From positions 24,490,001-24,554,000 of the forward strand of contig OX597839.1 of NCBI GenBank assembly GCA_951406725.2: 64,000 bases of DNA, read 5' to 3'. The number at the start of each line of letters is the position of its first letter. Position 1 is the first letter of the stretch. The translations under genes and the position numbers were made by a program. This DNA is from Octopus vulgaris (lineage: Eukaryota). Shown piece after piece: positions 40,081 to 52,019 of this stretch. The notes beneath the pieces were generated by a model. It was not told the DNA's origin. It was given only the letters and a program-made list of their open reading frames with translations, and did no database searches.

Positions 40081-40083
<3 letters not shown>
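40030..40083 (+). repeat. Interstitial (TTAGGG)n
   Basis: Two runs of GGGTTA separated by TATA. Confidence 0.85.
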
Positions 40084-40122
<39 letters not shown>

Positions 40123-40352
40123 CATCATCATCATCATTTAACGTCTGTTTTCCATACTGGCATGGGTTGGATGGTTCGACTGTGGTCCGGGAAGCCAGGA
40201 GGCTGCACCAGGACCCAATCTGATCTGACAGTGTTTCTACAGCTGGATGCCCTTCTGAACGCCAACCACTCCGAGCGTGCATTGGATGCTTTTTATGTGC
40301 CACTGGCACACACACACACACACACACACATACATACATATATATATATACA

Positions 40353-40572
40353 TGAGAGGGCACTGAAAAGTTTCTGGCTTTAAGGGTATCATGAAAGGCC
40401 TAGTTGGAGGCTTGACCTTCCAAGTTCTTTTACAGGGCTTAGAAAAAACTGAAGGACTGCTGCAATAAGTGTGAGAATCTGAGAGGAGGGGAATCTGTTG
40501 AATGAAATCATAATTAACTGATCCTCCTCTTTTTCTTTTACTCAAAGCCAGGAACTTTTCAACAACCCCTTG
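40353..40572 (+). mobile_element. Mariner-derived MITE
   Basis: TIR ..GGGCACTGAAAAGTTTCTGGCTTT / AAAGCCAGGAACTTTTCAACAACCCCTTG then TA. Mariner C-terminal remnant inside. A partial copy lies at 39635-39715. Confidence 0.75.
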
Positions 40573-40620
40573 TAGGTGAACACACCATTTGGTCTGGGTT
40601 GTTCAACCTGTTATTCCCCT

Positions 40621-40854
40621 ATCCCCATTTTCTTTTGCCTTACCCCCAACTTTTTTCATTTTGGGGGTGGGTTTCCTTGATGAGTTAGTTTTGGGGAATA
40701 TAATCCACTAAGCAAGCAAACTTTCATAGCCGTGTGATCCCCATTTTCTTTTGCCTTACCCCCAACTTTTTTCATTTTGGGGGTGGGTTTCCTTGATGAG
40801 TTAGTTTTGGGGTATATAATCCACTAAGCAAGCAAACTTTCATAGCCGTGTGAT
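40621..40854. repeat. 116-bp tandem duplication
   Basis: 40621-40736 and 40737-40854 differ at about one base. Confidence 0.95.
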
Positions 40855-41244
40855 AACAGCAATATATATGATGAAATATCCACAGTTATACCGTCATATC
40901 ACTGAATATCAATAGATCTATGATTATATCAATAAATATCGATAACTGTGTGATTATATCAGTAAATATTCATAGCTGTATGAATAATTCTATTGATAAA
41001 TATCAACAGTTGCCTGATCATGTCATTGATTATCCATAGATATTACAATTATATAAGCAAACAGTCACAGCTCTATCAATATAGGTGATATCCATAAATA
41101 TCCGTTGTTATATGGCTTTATCTATAAATATTGATAACTATGTGATGAGTAAAAGGCATAAAAACATAAATGTTACATATGATTCTTAATTTAATGTGTT
41201 TTCTACAGCTGTTTCGATATAGTTAAAAAGTCGGGTATATTACC

Positions 41245-41469
41245 TATTTCTTTATTGCCCACAAGGGGCTAAACATAGAGGGGACAAACAGGGACAGACA
41301 AACGGATTTAGTCAATTACATCGACCCCAGTGCGCAACTGGTACTTAATTTATCGACCCCGAAAGGATGAAAGGCAAAGTCGACCTCGGCGGAATTTGAA
41401 CTCAGAACGTAGCGGCAGACGAATTACCACTAAGCATTTCGCCCGGCGTGCTAACGTTTCTGCCAGCTC
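41245..41469 (-). mobile_element. SINE family B
   Basis: Reverse copy of 43336-43566. Confidence 0.9.
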
Positions 41470-41479
41470 AGTTGTTTAT

Positions 41480-41837
41480 TTATATCAAAGACATAGCATG
41501 CTCAGCTGACAACAAGGCATGCAATAAGGAAGAAAGAAAAGTCAAGAGATATGACAGGTTAGCTTGGGAAGTTAAGCAGTTGTGGTCGATGAAAAAGGTG
41601 GTAGTAGTACCAATAATTGTCAGAGCCATGGGAACAGTGAGTAAGAATCTTGAGAAGTACATGGAACAAACAGGGTCTGCAATAAGGGTGGAGCACTTGC
41701 AGAAAACAACACTGCTTGGAACCGCTCGAATACTCTGGATGGTGCTCAAAAAATAAGGGGTGTTACCTTAGTTCACTGGTAGTCAACAGCTGACACCGTA
41801 GTACATCTCCAGCTTTAGAAGCTGTGAAAAGGCAATA

Positions 41838-41869
<32 letters not shown>

Positions 41870-41870
41870 T
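41480..41870 (+). mobile_element. R4/Dong LINE 3' end (restriction-like endonuclease tail)
   Basis: DIACSAD...KEERKVKRYDRLAWEVKQLW..VVVVPIIVRAMGTV...LQKTTLLGTARIL, followed by (TAA)n. Confidence 0.85.
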
Positions 41871-41966
41871 AATGGTTTGAAGTTTTGCCACAAGGGTAGC
41901 TTTTTTGGGGGTGGGGTGGATGACTCGATTACATCAACCTCAGTATTTAACTGGTACTTAATTTAT

Positions 41967-42193
41967 CGAGCTGGCAGAAACGTTAGCACGCCAGGTGAAA
42001 TGCGTAGTCGTATTTCGTCTGTCGTTACGTTGTGAGTTCAAATTCTGCCGAGGTCGACTTTGCCTTTCATCCTTTCGGGGGTCGATAAATTAAGTACCAG
42101 TTACGCACTGGGGTCGATGTAATCGACTTAATACCTATGTCTGTCCTTGTTTGTCCCCTCTGTGTTTAGCCCCTTGTGGGTAATAAAGAAATA
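41967..42193 (+). mobile_element. Young SINE B inserted in an older antisense SINE B (41872-42285)
   Basis: 14-bp TSD GGTACTTAATTTAT at 41953-41966 and 42194-42207. Confidence 0.9.
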
Positions 42194-43335
42194 GGTACTT
42201 AATTTATTGACCCCGAAAGGATGAAAAGTAAAATTGAACTCAGCAGAATTTGAACTCAGAATGTAAGGACGGACGAGATGCCGCTATGCCTTTTGTCTGT
42301 TCTTCAGAAGCTCTGTCCTGAGCTGCCTTCTGTCTTTTCTAGGCTCTTCCAAAAGAGTATCTCAAAATCTTGTTTTCTTTCTTTACGGAAATTCCCAACT
42401 GTTGTTCCTGTCTTTAAGAACTGTGGTGATCAATCTAATCCACGTAATTATAGACCAATTAGTCTACTACTAATCAGTAGTAAGGTTTTTGAGTCCTTGA
42501 TTAATGACTCTCTCATCAAACATCTTGACTCAAACCATTTATTCTCCGACTCTCAATATGGTTTCTGTGCCGGACAGTCTACTGCTGATCTTCTCACTGT
42601 TGTATCCGAGTGTGTTTATCGTGCCTTCATTGTATCTGGTCAAGCTAGGGCAGTTGCTCTTGATACCTCTAAGGCATCTGAACTTTGGAATTCCCTCCCG
42701 CAGTCTCGTTTTCCCCTTTGATATGACCTCCTCCAGTCTTTTAAGTCAAATGTACATCGTCACCAATTGACTTCTGTCTAGCATCCAACTTTTATTTGTA
42801 GCTCTTACGTTTTCAGTGGTCTAACGACCTTGTAACGAGCAAATGTTTTAAAAATAAAAGAAAAAATATATGTATATACACATATGGGATGCTGGACTTC
42901 TATGGAAGCTCCAATTCTTTCATGTGTTAGGTTTCATCCTGAACATCATCTCCTCTTTCCTTTATGGTCATCGGATCAAGGTCTCCCTTGATGGTCAATC
43001 TCCATCTAGTTATTCTATTAATGCTGGAGTTCCTCTAGGATCTGTCCTGGGCCCAACTCTCTTTCTTCTTTTTATCAATGATCCGCCTGATCATGTCATC
43101 TGTCATCTATGCTGATGACCCTACTTTGTACTCTTAGTGGGACAAATCTGAGAACTTGTCTGATAAGGTTGAGATCACTGCTAATCTGGAGAATGATCCT
43201 TGATCTATTGTGGAGTGGGGTAGGAAATGGCTTGTAACGTTCAATCCATCGAAAACTAAACTTCATTCAATTAATCGTTTCAGACATCCTTTCTTGCCAC
43301 TGGTTTCGATGGATGGTATTGACTTACCTGTTGAA

Positions 43336-43566
43336 GGCGGGGAGCTGGCAGAATGGTTAGCACTCCGGGCGAAATGCGTAGCCGTATTTCATCTGACGTT
43401 ACGTTGTGAGTTCAAATTCCGCCGAGGTCGACTTTACCTTTCATCCTTTCGGGATCGATAAATTAAGTACCAGTTACGCACTGGGGTCGATGTAATCGAC
43501 TTAATACCTATGTCTGTCCTTGTTTGTCCCCTCTATGTTTAGCCCCTTGTGGGCAATAAAGAAATA
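43336..43566 (+). mobile_element. SINE family B, full length
   Basis: 16-bp TSD GGTATTGACTTACCTG at 43315-43330 and 43567-43582. Confidence 0.92.
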
Positions 43567-43993
43567 GGTATTGACTTACCTGAGAGTCGTTCTCTTTGTC
43601 CCCTAGAAATGACTTTCTGTAAGGATTTTTCGTGAAGGACTTACATTGAACATATTGCCAAATTGGCTGCAATGAAGGATTGGCTCACTCCTTCGCTCAC
43701 AGAGTTATCTCACTCCTGAGACTATTCTTTATCTGTATAAGTCCACCGTTCGCCCCTGTATTGAGTACTGCTGCCACATATGGACAGGTGCTCCTGCAGG
43801 TTGTTTAACACTGTTGGACCGCATTCAATGGCGTATTCGTGATGCTATTCGTCCTCATCCATCATCTCAATTGGATTCACTCTCTCATCATCCCCGTGTG
43901 CTTTCCTTGTCTCTTTTCTATAAGTATTTCCATGGACATTGTTCAGCTTAGCTCTCTTCTCTGGTTCCTCCTTTAAGAACTTAGCAGCCATCA

Positions 43994-44385
43994 GTGGAGG
44001 CGCAATGGCCCAGTGGTTAGGGCAGCGGACTCGCGGTCATAGGATCGCGGTTTCGATTCCCAGACCGGGCGTTGTGAGTGTTTATTGAGCGAAAACACCT
44101 AAAAGCTCCACGAGGCTCCGGCAGGGGATGGTGGTGATCCCTGCTGTACTCTTTCACCACAACTTTCTCTCACTCTTACTTCCTGTTTCTGTTGTACCTG
44201 TATTTCAAGGGGCCGGCCTTGTCACTCTCTGTGTTACGCTGAATATCCCCGAGAACTACGTTAAGGGTACACGTGTCTGTGGAGTGCTCAGCCACTTGCA
44301 CGTTAATTTCACGAGCAGGCTGTTCCGTTGATTCGGATCAACCGGAACCCTCATCGTCGTAACCGACGGAGTGCTTCCATCCCAT
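43994..44385 (+). mobile_element. SINE family C, full length
   Basis: A box TGGCCCAGTGG, B box GGTTTCGATTCC, 9-bp TSD CAGCCATCA. Confidence 0.92.
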
Positions 44386-44881
44386 CAGCCATCAACTAGA
44401 CTTGCATCCAATTCTCATCAGTATACTGTGCAACCTCCTTTACAGTACCAGTTTCATCCCTCGCACCTCTGAACTTAGGAATTCCCTCCCGCAGTCTCGG
44501 TTCCCCCTTCGATATGACCTCCTCCAGTCTTTTAAGTCAAATGTACATCATCACCAATTGACTTCTGTCTAGCATCTAACTTTTACTTGTAGCTCTTACG
44601 TTTTCAGTGGTCTAACGACCTTGTAACGAGCAAATGTTTTAAAAATAAAAGAAAAAAATATATGTATATACACATTATAATATATATTCCCCATTATAAT
44701 ACATTATATACATAGATATATATATACACACACACACACATATATGTATATTTGTGTATATGTATATCCATATATATATATGTATATATATACATATATG
44801 TATATATATACATATACATATAAATATATATATACACACTGTGTGTGTATGTATATATATATATATATATATATTTTATTT

Positions 44882-44959
44882 TATAGAAGGAGCTTCTACA
44901 GGACTAGAACTGTTTCATCTGAATGAAACAGTTCTAGTCCTGTAGAAGCTCCTTCTATA
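44882..44959. repeat. Perfect 37-bp-arm palindrome, 4-nt loop
   Basis: TATAGAAGGAGCTTCTACAGGACTAGAACTGTTTCAT-ctga-reverse complement. Confidence 0.97.
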
Positions 44960-45035
44960 GAATAAATTACTTCACTCTGCTATGTATTGAGTACCTTATT
45001 TACTGTGGTTAACCCCGACTCAACCCGGGACCTAC

Positions 45036-45102
<67 letters not shown>

Positions 45103-45559
45103 CATGTGTGTGTCCATGTCCATATATATGTATTACACTTATATGTATGTATATATATATATATACACACACACATATATATAGGCATGGCTGTGTGATT
45201 AGGAAACTTGCTTCCCAGCCACATGGTACTGGGTTCAGTCCCACTTCATGGTACCTCAGGCAAGTATCGTCTGCTATAGCCTCCGGCCGACCAAATGCCT
45301 TGTAATTGAATTCGGCAGGCGGAAGTTACCATCGTGTGTATAACTGCTTGTTCCTTCCAACAGAGTGGGGGAAATTGTACATAAAAGGATTCTTTCAGTT
45401 TCCACCTACTAAATCTACATACAAAGCTTTGGCTGGCCCAAGGCTGTAGTAGAAGTCACTTGCCCAAGGTGCCACTCAGCGAGACTGAACCCGGAACCAC
45501 GTGGTTGGTAAACAAGCTACTTACCACACAGCCACACCTGTACCTCACTCCAAAATACC

Positions 45560-45790
45560 TATTTCTTTACTACCCACAAGGGGCTAAACACAGAGAGGAC
45601 AAACAAGGACAGACAAACGGATTAAGTCGATTATATCGACCCCAGTGCGTAACTGGTACTTAATTTATCGACCCCGAAAGGATGAAAGGCAAAGTCGACC
45701 TGGGCGGAATTTGAACTCAGAACGTAACGGCAGACGAACAACGGCTACGCATTTCGCCCGGCGTGCTAACGTTTCTGTCAGCTCGCCGCC
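45560..45790 (-). mobile_element. SINE family B, full length
   Basis: 8-bp TSD AAAATACC (GGTATTTT on the element strand). Confidence 0.92.
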
Positions 45791-46516
45791 TTAAAATACC
45801 AATATTTTATAACAGGTGAAGCTGGACATTTTTGGTAGACTTTGAATCCTCTTTCTTATCATCCAGCTTTTATTTCTGCCTATGACGACCAGCTTCACCT
45901 GATGCCATTACTACAATCTTGGGACCTTATAAACCATGTGGTTGGTAAACAAGCCAGCATTTATCCACACAGCCACTCCTGCGCCATTGTGAACATTCTT
46001 CAATTGATCTTTTAACGACCTCACCTGATCCAAACTCCACTAACATCAATTCCACTTGCAGGCTTAAACAAATGATATGTAAATACTAAAGTCTGGCTTG
46101 ATACCAGTTCACACCTTTATGCTATTCATCTATCTTTATCTAATTGTCTATCTGTCTGTCTATCTATCTATCTTATCTATTTCCATGTATATATCTTTCT
46201 CTCTATCTCTCTCATAGTTTATCTGTCTGTTAGTCTGTCTGTCCATCTGTATACCTGAGTGTGTTTGTCTGCATAAGTGCATAAGTGACTGGAAGATAGA
46301 GAAAAGAGATACAACACACACACATACACACACACACACACACATACACACACATCACACACACACATCACAATCACACACACACATCAGACATCACACA
46401 CATATACACACACACACACATCACACACACACACACACACACATCACACACACACACACACATCACACACACATCACACACACATATATATATATACACA
46501 CATAAACACATTTATA

Positions 46517-46562
<46 letters not shown>

Positions 46563-46670
46563 TATATATATATATATATATCATCATCATCATCATCGTT
46601 TAACGTCTGCTTTCCATGCTAATATATATAAATACATAATTTACACACACATTTATATATGTGTGTGTGT

Positions 46671-46726
<56 letters not shown>

Positions 46727-46733
46727 TTATATA

Positions 46734-46782
<49 letters not shown>

Positions 46783-46968
46783 ATACATTTATATATACAT
46801 ACATTTATATACACACACATTTATATATATATACATTTACACACAAACAACACAGATATGTATAAAGTATGTGTGTGTGTGTGTGTGTGGACAGACATAA
46901 CTTTTGCTTCTTAAAAGCCGATATCCTGCTTGTGTACAACAACATACAACAATACAGATCTATATATT

Positions 46969-47002
<34 letters not shown>

Positions 47003-47430
47003 GATCTATATTTATATGTATAATCTATATCTATCTCTCTATATATATTTATGCACACACACACACACACACGTGTATATAAATAATCGATTACATATAT
47101 ATTTATTTAAACATATATACACATATACATATATGTTTGTGTGTGTGTATAATCGACATATATGCAATATGTTAAGCTCTTTCCATCACAACCATCCACC
47201 CAGGGTATGAGAAAACCCATAGAATATTAACAATGTTCTGCTTCATAACACTTGGTAACATCTTGTAACATCAACTTCTGTTTTCCAATAGTTTGCTCAA
47301 TGTAATAAACTAACAGACACTCCATTTATGAGTGAGCGGCGCAATTTGTGGCGGCTTTTGTTGTTTTTTATTCTTTTCCACAATCTATAGAAGTATTTCA
47401 GTATATTGGCTGGTAATTGATTCCTCTCTC

Positions 47431-47936
47431 GTGCGTGTGTGTGTGTGTGTGTGTGTGTGGATGTGTGTGTGTGTGTGTGTGTGGATGTGTGTGAGCATGT
47501 GTGTGTGTGTGTGAGTGTGTGTGTATGCGTGTGTGTGGATGTGTGTGTGCATGTGTGTGTGTGTGTGTGTGGATGTGTGTCGATGTGTGTGTCGATGTGT
47601 GTGTGTGTGTGTGTGCATGTGTGTGTGCATGTGTGTGTGTGTGGATGTGTATGTGTGGATGTGTGTGTGCGTGTGTGGACGTGTGTGTGTGAGTGTGTGT
47701 ATGTGTGTGTGAGTGTTTGTGTGTGAGTCTCTGTGTGATGGTGTGTGTGTGTGTGGATGTGAATGTGGACGTGTGTGGATGTGTGTGTGTATGCGTGTAT
47801 GTGATGTGTGTGTGTGTGTGTGTGTGGATGTGTATGTATGTGGACGTGTGTGTGTGGCTGTGAGTGTGTGTGGTGTGTGTGTGTGTGTGTGTGTGTGTCT
47901 GTGTGAGTGCTTGTGTGTGATGGTGTGTGTGTGTGG

Positions 47937-47972
<36 letters not shown>

Positions 47973-48150
47973 CGTGTGTGTGGATGTATGTGTGTATGCG
48001 TGTATGTGGATGTGTGTGTGGCAGTGTATGTGTGTATGTATGTATGTGTGTGTGATGTGTGTGTGTGTGTGTGTGTGTGTATGCGGATATGTGTGTATGT
48101 GCGTGAGTGTGTGTGGGGGATATGTGTGTATGTGTGTGGATGTATGTATA
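47431..48150. repeat. Interrupted (TG)n region
   Basis: Direct reading. Confidence 0.95.
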
Positions 48151-48584
48151 TAAATATATACCGTTTATCTTTTACTTGTTTCAGTCATGAGACTGTGGCC
48201 AGGCTGGGGCACTGCTTTGAAGAAATTTTAGTTGAACAAATCGACCCCAATATGTTTTTTTTCATTTTTTTTAAAGCCTAATAATTATTCCATTGATTTC
48301 TTTGGCCAAACTACTAAGTTATGAGGACATAAACACACCGACACTGGTTGTCAAGCAGTGAGGGTGGGGGACAAATGCAGACACACTTTGCACATGTGTA
48401 TGTGTGTGTGAGTCACTGTGTGATGGTGTGTGTGTGTGTGTGCATGTGTGTGTGTGTGTCCATATATATGTATTACACTTATATGTATATATATACACAC
48501 ACATATATATAGGCATGGCTGTGTGATTAGGAAACTTGCTTCCCAGCCACATGGTACTGAGTTCAGTCCCACTGCGTGGTACCT

Positions 48585-49039
48585 TGCTACCCTGGGCATG
48601 GCTACATTGAAGCTCCAACGTCTAGCAACTGAGTTGGTAAACACCCACAAAATTATTAACCATCGTGCCAACAACCACCTTGAGCACCTTTTTCAGCTCC
48701 ATGTGTCCAACACATGTGGGCATGCCTACAAAGTCAGAAAACAGCACAGCTCCCATCACTTTCGGAAACACTTTTTCACACTCAGAGTTGCTGAAGCATG
48801 GAACAATCTACCTGCATCAATTGTTGGTTACTGAGACATTGCATCCTTTAAAACCGCCATGCTCCTTGAAATTCACCAACACTACACCTGATATCCCTCC
48901 TACCTGCTTCATATGAATGCACACATGTCTATCATGACTCATACACTCTTCCCTTTCCTGACCATTTTCCATAATATTATGTACTGTATATGCACCTTTG
49001 AGGAGTTGTAGTGCACCTGAGCACTAGACACAATAATTA

Positions 49040-49083
<44 letters not shown>
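48585..49083 (+). mobile_element. CR1-clade LINE 3' end
   Basis: LGMATLKLQRL..ELVNTHKII...TCGHAYKV...RKHFFTLRVAEAWNNLPASIV, (ATT)n tail. Confidence 0.85.
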
Positions 49084-49084
<1 letters not shown>

Positions 49085-49261
49085 GTGTGTATATATATAT
49101 ATAAATATATATATATGGATGTGTGTATTTTTCCCTTGTTTACAATTAACATGGAAAAATAAATAAACAGTTACCAGGGCAGCAAAAAATCACACAAGTA
49201 ATGACATAACACCCTGTTTGTAAAGGTATGTATGTATGTATGTATACATGTATGTATATAC

Positions 49262-49292
<31 letters not shown>

Positions 49293-49557
49293 CACATACA
49301 TATATGTATACATATATATATACATAAATATATATATATATATTTCGCTTTGGGATTTGGTTTGCAAGATTCTTTATATGAGTTTGCGTATTAAAGCATA
49401 TTCTGTTGTGTCTGGGGAGAGTCATTTTCTTTTTGTGCCTTATAATTTCCTTTGTTGGAGTCAAGACTATTGAAAAGGTTGCAAGATGCAACTAAAATTT
49501 TAGGAAAATAAAAATAAGAAATAAGTGGGAATTTTCATCGGTAAGTGTCTTTATACA

Positions 49558-49592
<35 letters not shown>

Positions 49593-49594
<2 letters not shown>

Positions 49595-49883
49595 AGCAGT
49601 ATCACCGGGCGTTGCTCGGGTTTGTAAAGGAAATAACTATATAAGCATTTTTAGAGAGTTACTTCCCTTATATAATAGCAAAAAAATGCATTAAAAATGG
49701 GAAAAAATGATGGTAAATTTTTTTTTAAATCGTAGACGCGTGCTAATACCCAGAAGGGCTCGATATGAATCACGACCATAAGATACTCGCTTTTGGTTAA
49801 ACTGCACCGCAAAATGTGGGAGTAGTTAGGAATCTAAATCGTAGGAGACAGACAGCACACAACTTCACTTTTATATATAGAGA
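49593..49883 (-). mobile_element. Non-autonomous Helitron
   Basis: 3' end shared with 9153-9523 (CTAG mutated to CTTG), 5' TCTCTATAT. Confidence 0.8.
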
Positions 49884-50315
49884 TATATATATATATATAT
49901 ATACGATGGATTTCTTTCAAATTCCATCTACCAAATCCATTCAAAAGGCTTTGGCCAGCCTGAGGCTTGAGTAGAAGATACTTGTCCAATGTGCATCCGT
50001 AACCTAGTGGTTCAGCAAAAGAGACTGATAAAGTACCAGGCTTGAAAAAGAACACAATTAATACTGGGACTGCTTTTACTCTTTTACTTGTTTCAGTCAT
50101 TTTGACTGCGGCCAATCTGGAGCACCGCCTTTAGTCTCAACAAATTGAACACAAGGCTTACTTTTTGTAAGCCTAGTACTTATTCAGTTGGTCTATTTTG
50201 CCAAACCACTAAGTTACAGGGACATAAACACACCGACATTGGTTGACATGTGATAGGGGTGGTGGAGGACAAACACAGACACAAAAATACATACATATAC
50301 ATATATATATATATA

Positions 50316-50746
50316 TGCCAGTGGAACATTAAAAGCACCAGGGCTGCTGAGTGGCTCTCGTGACAGTGGCACATAAAAAGTACCATTCAAGCAAGATCAT
50401 TGCCAGTATTGCCTAACTGGCTCCTGTGCTGGTGGCACATGAAGAAACATTCGAGCAAGGTCCTTGCCAGTGCTGCTGGACTGGCTCCTGTGCAGGTGGC
50501 ACGTAAAAAGCAGCATTTGAGCGTGGCCGATGCCAGTACTGTCTGACTGGTCCTCATGCCGGTGGCACATAAAAGCACCCACTACACTCTCAGAGTTGTT
50601 GGTGTTAGGAAGGGCATCCAGGTGTAGAAACTTCGTCAGATCAGATTGAAGCCCGGTGCGAACTTCTGGCTCGCCAGCCTTCAGCCAAACTGTCCGACCC
50701 ATGACAGCATGGAAAACGGACGTTAAACGACGACAATTGATGATGA
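50316..50746 (+). mobile_element. RTE LINE 3' UTR with five modules
   Basis: GTGGCAC(A/G)TAAAA variants at about 50320, 50366, 50432, 50496 and 50562, then AGGAAGGGCATCC and a GAC/GAT tail. Confidence 0.85.
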
Positions 50747-50967
50747 TATAATTATATATATCTGATTGAATCTTCCATGTGTTAACATGTACCTTCTTGC
50801 AACAGTGTAACCTTTAATCTAATCAAGATATCCTTGCCCTGAAGGGTAGCTGGCGGTATACACCTCGGCTGGATTTTTAGCACCTCTGAGGTTCCGCCTG
50901 CTATGAAACCTATGTAGCCCAGATCTTACGTACTCCACTCCATAACTCTTATATATACTAGCTATCT

Positions 50968-51537
50968 CTATCTGCTCAGTCGAAGTCGACTCTCGGTCAC
51001 TCGTTGGATCAGTGTCCTCCAGTCAGTACTATCCTGGGCCACTACTTTCAGATTGGCTATGTCCATTCCGGTATCACTCTTGATGGTGTCAAGCCAGCGG
51101 GTTCTTGGTCGGCCTCTTCCTCTCTTGCCACTGACCATTCCGTATATATATATATATATATCTATCCGCTCAGCCGAAGTCGACTCTCAGTCACTTGTTG
51201 GATCAGTGTCCTCCAGTCAGTTCTATCCTGGGCCACTACTTTCAGATTGGCTATGTCCATTCTGGTATCACTCTTGATGGTGTCAAGCCAGCGGGTTCTT
51301 GGTCGGCCTCTTCCTCTCTTGCCACTGACCATTCCGAGCCTGATATCCTTCTGCAGGGATTTTCTCCTCATAATATGACCAAAATATGCCAATCTATGCT
51401 TGGTGATCTTAGCCTCTAGCGACATTTTCGGCCTGATCTGCTTAAGAACTTCTCCATTGGTGAGCCTCGCTGTCCATGGAATCCGTAAAAGTCTTCTCCA
51501 ACACCAAAGCTCGAATGCATTAATTCTCTTCTGGTCT
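50968..51537 (-). mobile_element. BovB-like RTE LINE 3' end, terminal ~175 bp duplicated
   Basis: DQKRINAFELWCWRRLLRIPWTARLTN..VLKQI..SLEAKITKHRLAYFGHIMRR..GKRGRGRPRTRWLDTI..WR..VTESRLRL. Confidence 0.85.
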
Positions 51538-51747
51538 TATATATACATATACGTATATATTTATAATGTTTGTGGATCTGTGTAGAAGGTGCCTTGGCTG
51601 CAGCTCATTCCCGTTGAAACAAAGACATTTCTTTTGTCCAAATCACAAAGTTTCCCTCTCAATTTTACCCACGACTGACCCAAAGGGGACAAGAATTAAT
51701 GTCAACACCAATATTTAGGTAACAGCTTTATTGGCAAACTGCCTACT

Positions 51748-51780
<33 letters not shown>

Positions 51781-52019
51781 CACGTGTGCACACACACATG
51801 CACACACACACATGCATGCATGCTCCCACCCCACCGATATGCAATGTGTACGTGTCAGGCATTGATTTCAGGGGGTGGGTTGTGGGGGGGGGGGGGACAG
51901 GCTGAAATCCACAAAGGCTGGGGTGATTATTACTGGTAGGAGAGGAGCAAGAGGAATGAAGGAGGATGTCGGATGACGAAATTGGCTGGTAACAGATGTC
52001 ACTGGCCTAGATATGATAG

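Larger units (their letters stand above)
42290..44660 (+). pseudogene. CR1-group LINE ORF2 (RT to 3' end), decayed, with three insertions
   Basis: NPRNYRPISLL..SKVFE, SDSQYGF, ALDTSKA, WDAGLLWKL, GVPLGSVLGPTLFLLFIND, YADD, LVTFNPSKT, YKSTVRPCIEYCCHIW, A-rich tail. Confidence 0.85.

Noticed and set aside
43994-44070. tRNA gene
   Set aside because: A and B boxes belong to a SINE head: no closed acceptor stem, continues into the SINE body with a TSD.
45813-45901. 13-bp inverted repeat CAGGTGAAGCTGG/CCAGCTTCACCTG
   Set aside because: No TSD, no second copy and an unpaired interior; too little to call a MITE or RNA.
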